A stretch of DNA of 64,000 nucleotides from Scyliorhinus canicula. Its lineage: Eukaryota. Of this stretch, positions 25,804-35,963 are shown piece by piece. Location: positions 124,001 to 188,000 of the forward strand of contig NW_024055453.1 in the NCBI RefSeq assembly GCF_902713615.1. The letters are read 5' to 3'. Numbering within the stretch: position 1 is the first letter of the stretch; each line of letters starts with the position of its first letter. The notes beneath the pieces were generated by a model. It was not told the origin of the DNA. It was given only the letters and a program-made list of their open reading frames with translations, and ran no database searches. Both the position numbers and the translations under genes were made by a program.

Positions 25804-26898
25804 ATGAAGAGGTAGGTTCCTGAAACATATATACAAAGTCAAAGATGCAAGGCGATACTTTGAATGTGAGTCTTTGCCGGTAATTAAGCCTTTACAGATC
25901 CTGTAATTATCTGCAAAGGCTCACATTCAAAGTCAGACTTCTTACTGTGCTCACCCCAGTCCAACGCCGGCATCTCCACATCATGGTTCAGGGAGTAGCA
26001 GAGCTCATGTACGGCCATCATGGTGAGGCAACAGGAAGTGGGTGGGGCTTCAGTGACCAGGAGAGAAAATGATTGAGTCGTTAACTTCACTCTGTCTGTA
26101 CAAAGGTTAGAATTGAACCAAACCAGAGTAGAGGATGGGAGAAAACTGGGAGTGGAGGAACAGAATGGTGGAGATGGGTCAATGAGTTAATAATAATCTG
26201 TATTAGTGCCACAAGTAGGCTTACATGAACACTGCAATTAAGTTACTGTGAAAAGCTCCACATCACCACATTCCGGGTACACAGAGGGAGAATTCAGAAT
26301 GCCAATTAACCTAACAAGCACGTCTTTTGGGACTTGTGGGAGGAAACCGGAAAGCCCGGAGGAAACCTACACAGACACGGGGAGAACATGCAGACGCCAC
26401 ACAGACATTGACCCAAGCGGGAATCAAACACGGGATCCTGGCGCTGTGAAGCAACAGTGCTACCCACTGTGCTACCGTGTGCCTTCACGGCTAAGTTATT
26501 CGATTCATTAGGATCAGAATGTTACAGACATTGAATGTGGAAGGAGGAATGTTAAGTCTATTCTGGCCATGGGAAAAGATTTCAAGTATTATTGTGACTG
26601 GAAAAGTGCCGATACACACACAATCAAGTGAGTGTTCCAGTGAACTGACTGTGAAAAGAGCTTCACCCAGTTACAGAAACAGCCTACAGAAAGATCATAC
26701 ATAGGGTAAGTCAGCGGGAGATATTTGGCAGATAAAGTATAATTTGGGGAAAAAGTGAAGTTGTCCCATGTTGGGAATAATAATAATAATTTAAATCGAG
26801 AGACTGCAGAATACCACAGTAGAGAAAGTTCTGTGTGTCCTTGTACACAGACCACAAGTGTATTTATTCCCTCACACTCCTCCAGATTGATCTCCATT

Positions 26899-27226
26899 TC
26901 ATAGAATTTACAGTACAGAAGGAGGCCATTCGGCCCATCAAGTCTGTACCGGCTCCTGTAAAGAGCACCCTACCCAAGGTTAACACCTCCACCCTATCCC
27001 CATAACCCAGTAACCCCACTCAACACTAAGGGCAATTTATCATGGCCAATCCACCTAACCTGCACATCATTGGACTGTGGGAGGAAACCGGAGCACCCGG
27101 AGGAAACCCACGCACACACGGGGAGGATGTGCAGACTCCACACAGACAGTGACCCAAGCCGGAATCGAACCTGGGACCCTGGAGCTGTGAAGCGATTGTG
27201 CTGACCACTATGCTACCGTGCTGCCC
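26899..27226 (-). mobile_element. HE1-type SINE inserted only in copy B
   Basis: Copy A reads ctccatttgcttctttgctgcccagctg without the SINE. Confidence 0.9.
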
Positions 27227-27331
27227 AGCTGATCAGTCTACTGATATCTTCTGTAGTCTCCAACTTTATTCCTCACTGTCAACCACAAGACTGCAAATGT
27301 TTCAACCATGTCCCTTTGTTAAAGTCTAAAT

Positions 27332-28514
27332 CAGTGGTTCTCAACCGGGGTCCACATGGACCCTGGGGGTCCATGTAACATTACTGGGGGTCCACACAAA
27401 CAAATACCGAATTGGGGGTCCACGGTGATATTTTAGTGGTCCATAGAGCAATTCTACTTCAGAACAATTGTTATTACTGAGAATTAAATTTTTACAGTAA
27501 TCTACGCCATATTAAAATACTAAAAGTAGAAATATTCATGTAGCTATGAATTTTTTATGGCAATCAAGAAGAAAAAAAACTTACATTTGACAGTGTCGTT
27601 AATTTAAAGTTACCTAGAACAAACGGAGGTGAAAATCACTCATCTTTTCTCAGGTAGCAGGCAGCGACCTTAGATGTTTGTTTTCATGATGAATATTCAC
27701 CTTTCTCTCTCTCTCTCTCGCACTGACAAAGGTCAAAGAGAGATTATAATCTATCTAATTTATGCTGAATATTTGGAAAATTTGCATTAAAATATGCAAG
27801 CTCGGTTTAGTGACCTACTCATGATGGATATACCAACTTGGGTGGCAATTCCTTTTGAAGTTAATGCTGCCGATGTAGACATTTCTTTACAGGAGACCCT
27901 CATTGAATTACAAAGTGATGAAATATTGCACGCAAAATTCAAAGATGGGAAGCATAATATATGGAAAACAAATGACACTGCTAAAAAGTACCCACTACTC
28001 TGGGATAAAGCACAGCTCTACGTTATAGCTTTTCCATCATCTTACCTTGTTGAATCAGGATTTAGTCGTGTTTTTCACTTATTATCAAAAGCTCGTAATA
28101 GACTCGACATTGTGAAAAAGGGTGATCTTCGGCTACCATTGACCGCGATGGAGCCGAATATAAAAAAACTCGCTGAGCAGCATCAACCACAGGGATCTCA
28201 TTGAATAAATCTGCATCTTTTTCTTAATTACTCACTTAGGCCTATCTTAAAATGGTTTATTATGAATTATTCACTAGTGTACATAATGCTCTATAGAATT
28301 TAATTGTTAAATATGTTTATTTGCAATAAATTAGTTTTCCTTCAAAATAAAGCATAATCATTTACTATTTCTTTAATATTTGATACAATTCCTTTACTTT
28401 TTTGTTAGTGAAAAATATAAGAAGCTTTTTTTTCTGTGGAATGGCTATGGGGGTCCACAAAACAAAATTAAGAGGAAAAGGGGTCAATGGGTTAAAAAAG
28501 GTTGAGAACCACTG
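27332..28514 (+). mobile_element. Non-autonomous hAT DNA transposon (Buster/Charlie type)
   Basis: 15-bp TIR CAGTGGTTCTCAACC, 8-bp TSD GTCTAAAT (27324-27331 and 28515-28522), subterminal GGGGTCCA repeats, empty site at ~19818. Confidence 0.95.
27794..28204 (+). CDS. C-terminal hAT transposase fragment (dimerisation domain; ZBED5/SCAND3/FAM200-like)
   Basis: YPLLWDKAQLYVIAFPSSYLVESGFS...KARNRLDI..GDLRL...EPNIKKL..HQPQGSH. Confidence 0.8.
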   Translation: MQARFSDLLMMDIPTWVAIPFEVNAADVDISLQETLIELQSDEILHAKFKDGKHNIWKTNDTAKKYPLLWDKAQLYVIAFPSSYLVESGFSRVFHLLSKARNRLDIVKKGDLRLPLTAMEPNIKKLAEQHQPQGSH

Positions 28515-29515
28515 GTCTAAATAATTCATATATAACACACAAAGCAGGGAATCTTGTCCTGAACAATCCAGAACTCCGCTGGAAACAGTCTTCTGATCAC
28601 AAAAATACCTCTGGACCAATCCCCTTTGCTTCCTGCTGCTCCAGCTGATGACATTCCAGCGTAATGGAAGTGCCCTGGTTTTCCCACGTGGAACTGGATG
28701 TGTATTCCACAGGGCTGGGATGTGCTGTCATGTCTTTATTTATTTCATTATTAACTGACTGAAGTAAATAAACTTCAGAATAAAACAAATATTCAGCAGA
28801 TACGCACCAATCATTATCCTGAAGTCACCGTATTTTTATAGGAAGTTAACTGTTTGCCAAACCTCATTATCTAAATGCCTCAGATTTTTATTTACTGAAA
28901 AATTCAGATTAGGTCACTGTTCAGTCACTTGTTATTTAGCTTCCTCTTCACCCCTAGATTTGATTTATTAAACACAGACTGTAATTAAAAGATTAATTTC
29001 AGTTTTAAGCTATTTAACGAATTTGGTTTTCATTTATAGTTGATTCCAGCAGTAACCAGAACTGTGCTCAGTCCTCTAGCTGTGCACGAACAAGTATTTT
29101 ATGAAGTTTTAACATTATCTCCCTGCTCTTATATTCTGGTCCTGCGACAAGAAAGGCAAGTGTCCCAAATGCCTTCTGGACCACCTGATCTACCTGTCCA
29201 GCCACCTTCAGGGATCTGTGGATATGTTCTCCAAGGTCTCTCTGTTTCCCAACACTTCTCAGCATCATCCCATTTATTGGTCATTCCCGTGCCTTCTTTA
29301 CCCTCCTGAATTCATTATCTCCACTGCCCCAGACTGAATTCCATTCACCATTTTTCTGTCCATCTGACCCAGTCCATGGCTTTCTCCCTCATTCACTAAA
29401 ACACATCAGCAACTTTTGTATAATCCTGGTGCATACATTTCATTCTAAATCATGGATATATCCCGGAAATCTGTGGAGCCCCACTGGAAACAGCCGTCCA
29501 GGCATCATTCAGTCC

Positions 29516-29660
29516 TGGATGTGACTAACAGCAGCAACAACAGCTGAATCCAAACCCTGCTGTTGCCTGTGAACTTGCTGATGTCTGTGCAGGTTGTTTG
29601 ACTGAGTGAATCTCCTCCCACACATGGAACAGTAAAAAAGCCTCTCCCCAGTACCACTCC
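29516..29660 (-). pseudogene. Orphaned last finger and conserved tail of the 29986-31344 gene
   Basis: Minus strand CSMCGRRFTQSNNLHRHQQVHRQQQGLDSAVVAAVSHIQD*, separated from the ORF by a SINE. Confidence 0.75.
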
Positions 29661-29667
29661 CACGTGT

Positions 29668-29995
29668 GGGCCACACGGTAGCACAGTGGTTCGCACTGTT
29701 GCTTCACAGCTCCAGGGGCCCAGGTTTGATTCCCGGTTTGGGTCACTGTCTGTGCGGAGTCTGCACGTTGTCCCAGTGTTTGTGTGGGTTTACTCCGGGT
29801 CTCCGGTTTCCACAGTCCAAAGATATGTAGATTAGGTGGATTGGCCATGCTAAATTGCAATTAAGTGTACAAAAAGGTGAGGTGGGGTTATGGATTAGGA
29901 TGGAGGTATGGGCTGAAGTCGGGAGCTTAAGTCCAAGGGCCGGTGCACTCGATGGGCCAAATGCCCTCCTTCTGAACTGTAAATTCTATGTTACT
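29668..29995 (+). mobile_element. HE1-type SINE inserted in the last ZNF linker
   Basis: cacggtagcacagtggttcgcactg head; tail ccttctgaactgtaaattctatg supplies the ORF stop. Confidence 0.85.
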
Positions 29996-31344
29996 GTTTC
30001 AGTGTGAACTCGCTGGTGTTTCAGCAAATTTGGTTTACTTTTAAATCTCTTTTCACAGTCAGAACATTTAAAAGGTTTCTGATCAATGTGAACAAGTTGG
30101 TGTCTAGTCAGGTGGGATGACTGAGTGAATTTCGTATCACACACGGGGCAAGTGTACGGTCTCTCCCCAGTGTGAACTCGCTGGTGTTTCAGAAGCTGGG
30201 ATGACCGAGTAAATCCCTTCCTACACACAGAGCAGGTGAACGGCCTCTCCCCAGTGTGAGCGCGTTGATGTAACAGCAAACAACTTTTACTTTTAAAGCT
30301 CTTCTCACAGTCAGAACATTTGAAAGGTCTCTGATCAGTGTGAACAAGTTGGTGTGTCATGAGATGAGATGACTGAGTGAATCCCTTCCCACACATGGAG
30401 CAGGTAAAAGGCCTCTCCCCAGTGTGAGTGCGTTGATGTGTCAGTAAATCATTTCTGCTTTTAAAGCTCTTCTCACAGTCAGCACATTTAAACAGTCTCT
30501 GATCAGAGTGGACCTGATGGTGAGTCTGGAGATTTGATGAAGCATTAAATCCCTTCCCACATTCCAGACAGGTGAACGGCCTCTCCCCAGTGTGAGTGCG
30601 TTGATGTCTCAGTAAATCCATTCTGCTTTTAAATCTCTTCTCACAGTCAGCACATATAAAAGGTCTCTGATCATTATGAACAAGTTGGTGTTTCAGAAGG
30701 TGGGAGGAACAAGTGAATCCCTTCCCACACACGGAGCAGGTGTACGGCCTCTCCCCAGTGTGAGTGCGTTGATGTATCAGTAAATCCTTTCTGCTTTTAA
30801 AGTCTTTCGCACAGTCAGCACATTTAAAAGGTCTCTGATCAGTGTGAACAAGTTGGTGTGTCAGGAGTTGTGATGACTGAGTGAATCCCTTCCCACACAC
30901 AGAGCAGATGAACGGCCTCTCCCCAGTGTGAGTGCGCTGATGTGTCAGTAAATTAATTCTGCTTTTAAAGCTCTTCTCACAGTCAGCACATTTGAAAGGT
31001 CTCTGATCAGTATGAACAAGTTGGTGTTTCAGGAGGTGTGATGACTGAGTGAATCCTTTCCCACATACAGAGCAGGTGAATGGCCTCTCCCCAGTGTGAG
31101 TGCGTTGATGTAACAGTAAATCATTTCTGCTTTTAAAGCTCTTCTCACAGTCAGCACATTTAAACGGTCTCTGATCAGTATGAACATGCTGGTGTGTAAT
31201 CAGATTGGATAGCTTAGTAAATCCCTTCCCACACACAAAGCAGGTGAATGGCCTTTCCCCAGTGTGAATACGTCGATGAGTTTCCAATTCAGACGGGTAA
31301 TTACATCTTATCTCACAGTCCCCACATTTCCACGGTTTCTCCAT
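29986..31344 (-). CDS. C2H2 zinc-finger protein, 16 fingers in alternating doublets
   Basis: Open 452-codon frame from MEKPWKC; alternating [11 protein letters not shown] and TDQRPFKCADC fingers. Confidence 0.9.
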   Translation of the reverse strand: MEKPWKCGDCEIRCNYPSELETHRRIHTGERPFTCFVCGKGFTKLSNLITHQHVHTDQRPFKCADCEKSFKSRNDLLLHQRTHTGERPFTCSVCGKGFTQSSHLLKHQLVHTDQRPFKCADCEKSFKSRINLLTHQRTHTGERPFICSVCGKGFTQSSQLLTHQLVHTDQRPFKCADCAKDFKSRKDLLIHQRTHTGERPYTCSVCGKGFTCSSHLLKHQLVHNDQRPFICADCEKRFKSRMDLLRHQRTHTGERPFTCLECGKGFNASSNLQTHHQVHSDQRLFKCADCEKSFKSRNDLLTHQRTHTGERPFTCSMCGKGFTQSSHLMTHQLVHTDQRPFKCSDCEKSFKSKSCLLLHQRAHTGERPFTCSVCRKGFTRSSQLLKHQRVHTGERPYTCPVCDTKFTQSSHLTRHQLVHIDQKPFKCSDCEKRFKSKPNLLKHQRVHTETVT

Positions 31345-32784
31345 AGTTATCGACAAGTTACCAGATACAGGTAGGATACAGATTTGACGTCACTGTCAGG
31401 TCAGCCGTGATGTTATTAAATGGTGGAACAGGCTCACGGGGCTGAATGTCCTATTGCTGCTTCTTGATTCTTATGGTGCGAATGTCCTTGTGTCTCTCCA
31501 ACTTGGATCATCAGTTGAAGCCTGAGTACCGTGTGTCCCTGATGTAAATGCTGCAATTTCTTTTCATGCTGTGTGATTGCTTAAAGCTCAGTTCCTGCTA
31601 ACTGTGGAAAATTACTTAGATGTCTGTGTCTCGGTGCTTTTCCAATCACAGCGATTTTTGAAATCTTTTCCGCAAAGACAAAACAGACAAATATTTCTCC
31701 TTCCACGTTGAAAGGCCGGTCCTGATGAATCAAGTGACTCTGGCAGATGTTGACATGATGTTTGCATCTGCAAATATTCTGTAAAAAGAGTTACATTGAA
31801 TTACTGTGAATATATAAACAGGCCATTCTGTCACAGATTCTGCTGCTGTCAATACTCAGCACACATCTCCAACTGTCCCCTGATCTTATCTCAGCCTTTC
31901 AGCTGATTTTCGATTCCATTTTCTCTCATGCGATTGTCCCGTTTCCTTATGAAAACATCTCAGCACTTTCTTCAGCTCATTTCCATGTAATGAATAACAC
32001 ATTCTAAATCTGTGATGAATACATTTGTCAGTATTGCCCCCTTTGATTTATTCGTAACTATCTTGTATTTATGACTCAATGTTTATTCCTTGTTTGCGAT
32101 AGAAAAAATGCCCATTTATTCCTTCCTGAGAGCTGTAATCTGTCGTTTTACAAAAGTTATCAGTCACTCGAGGACAGAAATCGCAACGGGACAAACCTTT
32201 CTGTTGGATTGAGTTTGTTGAGTGTAAATTCTCTCCTTCTAACCCCCTGTAAAAGGAGTTCACAAAAGCCATCACTGTCAGTCCAGGATAGAAATTCTGA
32301 ATAGGCAATTCAAGTTTCTCTGAAACATTTTCTCCTCTCTTGTTCCCCCAAATCTGTAAATCCCCGTCCCACACACTCTCCCTCCTCCCTGGGCTGAAAT
32401 CCAAACCCATCTCACCATCTCTTTCCTCCATGTTTTCTCCCTCCCTCTCCTCTGCCTGGGTTCAGTTCTCCAGCTCCTGTCTGCAGACTGACAATAAAAT
32501 CAATGGGTCTTATTGGGGGTTTGGGGCCTCCAGCGGGTGTTTGTGAATCCTCCCCGCCCACCTGCCAGGGTTTCCTTCCTTGGCAGAGAACAGAGTCCTC
32601 ATTGATTTGAGTGCAAAGTGTCAGCTCTTATATATTATCCCCCTCCCCCATCCTGTGATGGGAACCACCCTCCAGTGTGTGAAGCAGGATGGTGCCCGTT
32701 AACCTGGGCCTGTTCCCGGGAGGGAGGGAGAAGCTCTGCAGCTGCAAACCAGGGAGCTGACAATGATGGTGAAGGGTTTGCTCC

Positions 32785-33320
32785 AGCTCACAATGCCCGG
32801 GGACTGACTGACGGCGGGTTCGGACCAATAGGAAGCGGGGGCGGTGCTGGAGGACCGAACAAGAGCGGCTGGTCCTCCAGCCAATCAGAGTGAATGGGAG
32901 GCGGAACAAAGCCGGGGCTTCGCTCCCTCCGCTTGCTCCCGGCCCTGTCGAGGAGAAAAGCCCGAGCAGCTTTCGCCGGTTCAACCTTCGTATCCGAGCT
33001 TCATATCCGAGGCTTGGGGCCTACACCGAATGTTTATGAAGCCTCCCGACCCATCCATCGGCTCCATCCCTCCCTCATGACTCACCGAGCGGCATCTGAC
33101 GGCGTAGGATTTCCACCCTGCCGCCGGAATCCTGAGCAATCATCAGCACTGCGCATGCTCTACCTCACGTGGGAGACCGGGCTCAGTCCCGCCCCTTGTT
33201 CACTCCGATTGGTTGGAGGATCCGCTGGAACAACTCGGTCCTCCTGGTCCAACCCTCTCTTCCTATTGGTCCAGACCTGCCATCAATCACTCCGTAGGCA
33301 TTGTGAACTGGAGCATGCGC
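32785..33320. promoter_or_regulatory. CpG island with two convergent type-1 promoter cassettes; exon-1 donor at ~33087 (-)
   Basis: Cassette in + orientation at 32788-32905 and in - orientation at 33188-33306; tgcgcatgc; ctcg/gtgagt donor on minus strand. Confidence 0.7.
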
Positions 33321-33544
33321 AGTGCCGATGCTGGGCTCGGCCGGGAGGTAAACTCCAATAAGAAGTTTCCGGGCCCGGGTTTGCATCGAGCGGGGGGACA
33401 GCTGCGGCCTGGTCCCGGTGACAGGCCTGAGTGAACGGCCGCCGTCTTTATAGAGGCTGCAAACCCGCAGGGGGCAAAACATCAGAGATAGAGTTTGTTG
33501 TGAAACCAATGGGATATTGTAAAACAGGAGGTCACGGTTACAGT

Positions 33545-34130
33545 CAACAACAACAACTTCTATTTATATAACACCTTTAACATCATAAATCATCCCAGTC
33601 AACTTCACAGGAACATTATAAAACAAAGTGAGACACTCAGACACAAAAGGAGATATTAGGGCAGGTGACCAAAAACCTGGTCAAAGAGGTGAGTTTTGAA
33701 GAGTCTGAAAGGAGGTAAGTGAGGTGGAGACGGGGAGGTTAAGGGAGGGAATTCAGTGCGTGGGGCCGAGGGAACTTAAAACCATGGCGGAGTAATTAGA
33801 ATCGGGAGTGTGCACGAGTCGAGGATCAGAGCTGTGCACATTTCTCAAGAGGGTTATGGAGCTGAAGGAGATTGCAGAGATCGGGAGAGATGAGGCCATG
33901 GAGGGATTTGAAAACAAGGGTGAGAATTGACTGGGAGCGGATGTAAGTCTCGGAGCACAGGGATCGTAGGGGAAAGGAACTTGCTGTGAATTAAGACATG
34001 GGTAGCAGACTTTTGGATGGCCTTAAGTTTACAGAGGTAGTCTGTGGGAGAGCAGCCAGGTGTGCAATGGAATTGTCGAATCGGGAGGTGACAAAGCCAT
34101 GACTGAGGTTTCAGCCCTAGGCACACAGAC
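33545..34130 (-). mobile_element. L2 LINE 3' fragment
   Basis: LKAIQKSATHVL..SPTIPVLRDLH.LP; (gtt)n tail. Confidence 0.7.
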
Positions 34131-34521
34131 ACAGGAGAGAGGCCGCATAAGAACTGGGAGCAGGAGTAGGCCATCTGGCCCCTCGAGCCTGCTCCACCAT
34201 TCAATGAGATCATGGCTGATCTTTTGTGGACTCAGCTCCACTTTCCAGCCCGAACACCATAAGCCTTAATCCCTTTAATCTTAAAAAAAACTATCTATCT
34301 TTACCTTAAAAACATTTAATGAAGGAGCCTCAACTGCTTCACTGGGCAATAAATTCCATAGATTCACAACCCTTTGGGTGAAGAAGTTCCTCCTAAACTC
34401 AGTCCTAATTCTCCTGCCCCTTATTTTGAGGCTATGCCCCCTAGTTCTGCTGTCACCCGCCGGTGGAAACAACCTGCCCGCATCTATCCTATCTATTGCC
34501 TTCATAATTTTATATGTTTCT

Positions 34522-34746
34522 ATTTTTTTTAAATTTAGATTAGCCAATTATTTTTTCCAATTAAGGGGCAATTTAGCGTGGCCAATCCACCTACTCTGCA
34601 CATTTTTGAGTTGTGGGGGCGAAACCCACGCAGACATGGGGAGAACATGCAAACTCCACACGGACAGTGACCCAGAGCCGGGATCGAACCTGGGACCTCA
34701 GTGCTGTGAGGCGGTTGTGCTAACCACTAGGCCACCGTGCTGCCCT
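34522..34746 (-). mobile_element. Short A-tailed SINE with 12-bp TSD
   Basis: TSD tatatgtttcta on both sides. Confidence 0.9.
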
Positions 34747-35203
34747 ATATGTTTCTATAAGATCCCCCCTCATCCTTCTAAATTCCAACGAGTACAGTCC
34801 CAGTCTACTCAATCTCTCCTCGTAATCCAACCCCTTCAGCTCTGGGATTAACCTAGTGAATCTTCTCTGCACACCCTCCAGTGCCAGTACGTCATTTCTC
34901 AAGTAAGGAGACCAAAACTGAACACAATTCTCCAGTGTGGCCTCACTAACACCGTATACAATTGCAGCATAACCTCCCTAGTCTTAAACTCCATCCCTCT
35001 AGCAATGAAGGACAAAATTCCATTTGCCTTCTTAATCACCTGTTGCACCTGTAAACCAACTTTCTGTGACTCGTGCACTAGCACACCCAGGTCTCTCTGC
35101 GCAGCAGCGTGCTTTAATATTTTATCATTTAAATAATAATCCCGTTTGCTGTTATTCCTACCAAAATGGATAACCTCACATTTGTCAACATTGTATTCCA
35201 TCT

Positions 35204-35430
35204 AGGGCAGCACGGTGGCCTAGTGGTTAGCATAACCGCCTCACGGCGCTGAGGTCCCAGGTTCGATCCCGGCTCTGGGTCACTGTCCGTGTGGAGTTTG
35301 CACATTCTCCCCGTGTCTGCTTGGGTTTCGCCCCCACAACCCAAAAATGTGCAGAGTAGGTGGATTGGCCACGCTAAATTGCCCCTTAATTGGAAAAAAT
35401 AATTGGGTACTCTAAATTTATTTTAAAAAA
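35204..35430 (+). mobile_element. Short A-tailed SINE with ~16-bp TSD
   Basis: TSD acattgtattccatct on both sides. Confidence 0.9.
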
Positions 35431-35772
35431 ACATTGTATTCCATCTGCCAGACCCTAGCCCATTCACTTAACCTATCCAAATCCCTCTGCAGCCTTCCAG
35501 TATCCTCTGCACTTTTCACTTTACCACTCATCTTAGTGTCATCTGCAAACTTGACATTGCCGTTGGTCCCCAACTCCAAATCATTTATGTAAATTGTGAA
35601 TAATTGTGGGCCCAACAAGGATCCCTGAGGGACACCACAAGCTACTGATTGCCAACCAGAGAAACACCCATTAATCCCCACTCTTTGCTTTCTATTAATT
35701 AACCAATCCTCTATCCATGCTACTACTTTGCCCTTAATGAATTGCATCTTCATCTTGTGCAGCAACCTTTTG

Positions 35773-35963
35773 AAAATGTAAATCGCTTATTGTCACGAGT
35801 AGGCTTTAATGAAGTTACTGTGAAAAGCCCCTAGTCACCACATTCCGGCGCCTGTCTGGGGAGGCTGGTACAGGAATCAAACCGTGCTGCTGGCCTGCTT
35901 TAAAGGCCAGCGATTTAACGCAGTGAGCTAAACCAGCCCCTCCAGTGAGCTAAACCAGCCCCT
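35773..35963 (-). mobile_element. SINE with a different tRNA-like head (ggggctggtttagctcactg) and ...gtgacaataa tail; head duplicated
   Basis: cagtgagctaaaccagcccct occurs twice; tail shared with the 5918 type. Confidence 0.75.

Larger units (their letters stand above)
20598..29285 (+). repeat. Tandem segmental duplication, copy B (~8.7 kb with later insertions)
   Basis: Colinear with 14187-20588 plus four extra fingers, a longer L1 piece, a SINE and a hAT element. Confidence 0.95.
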
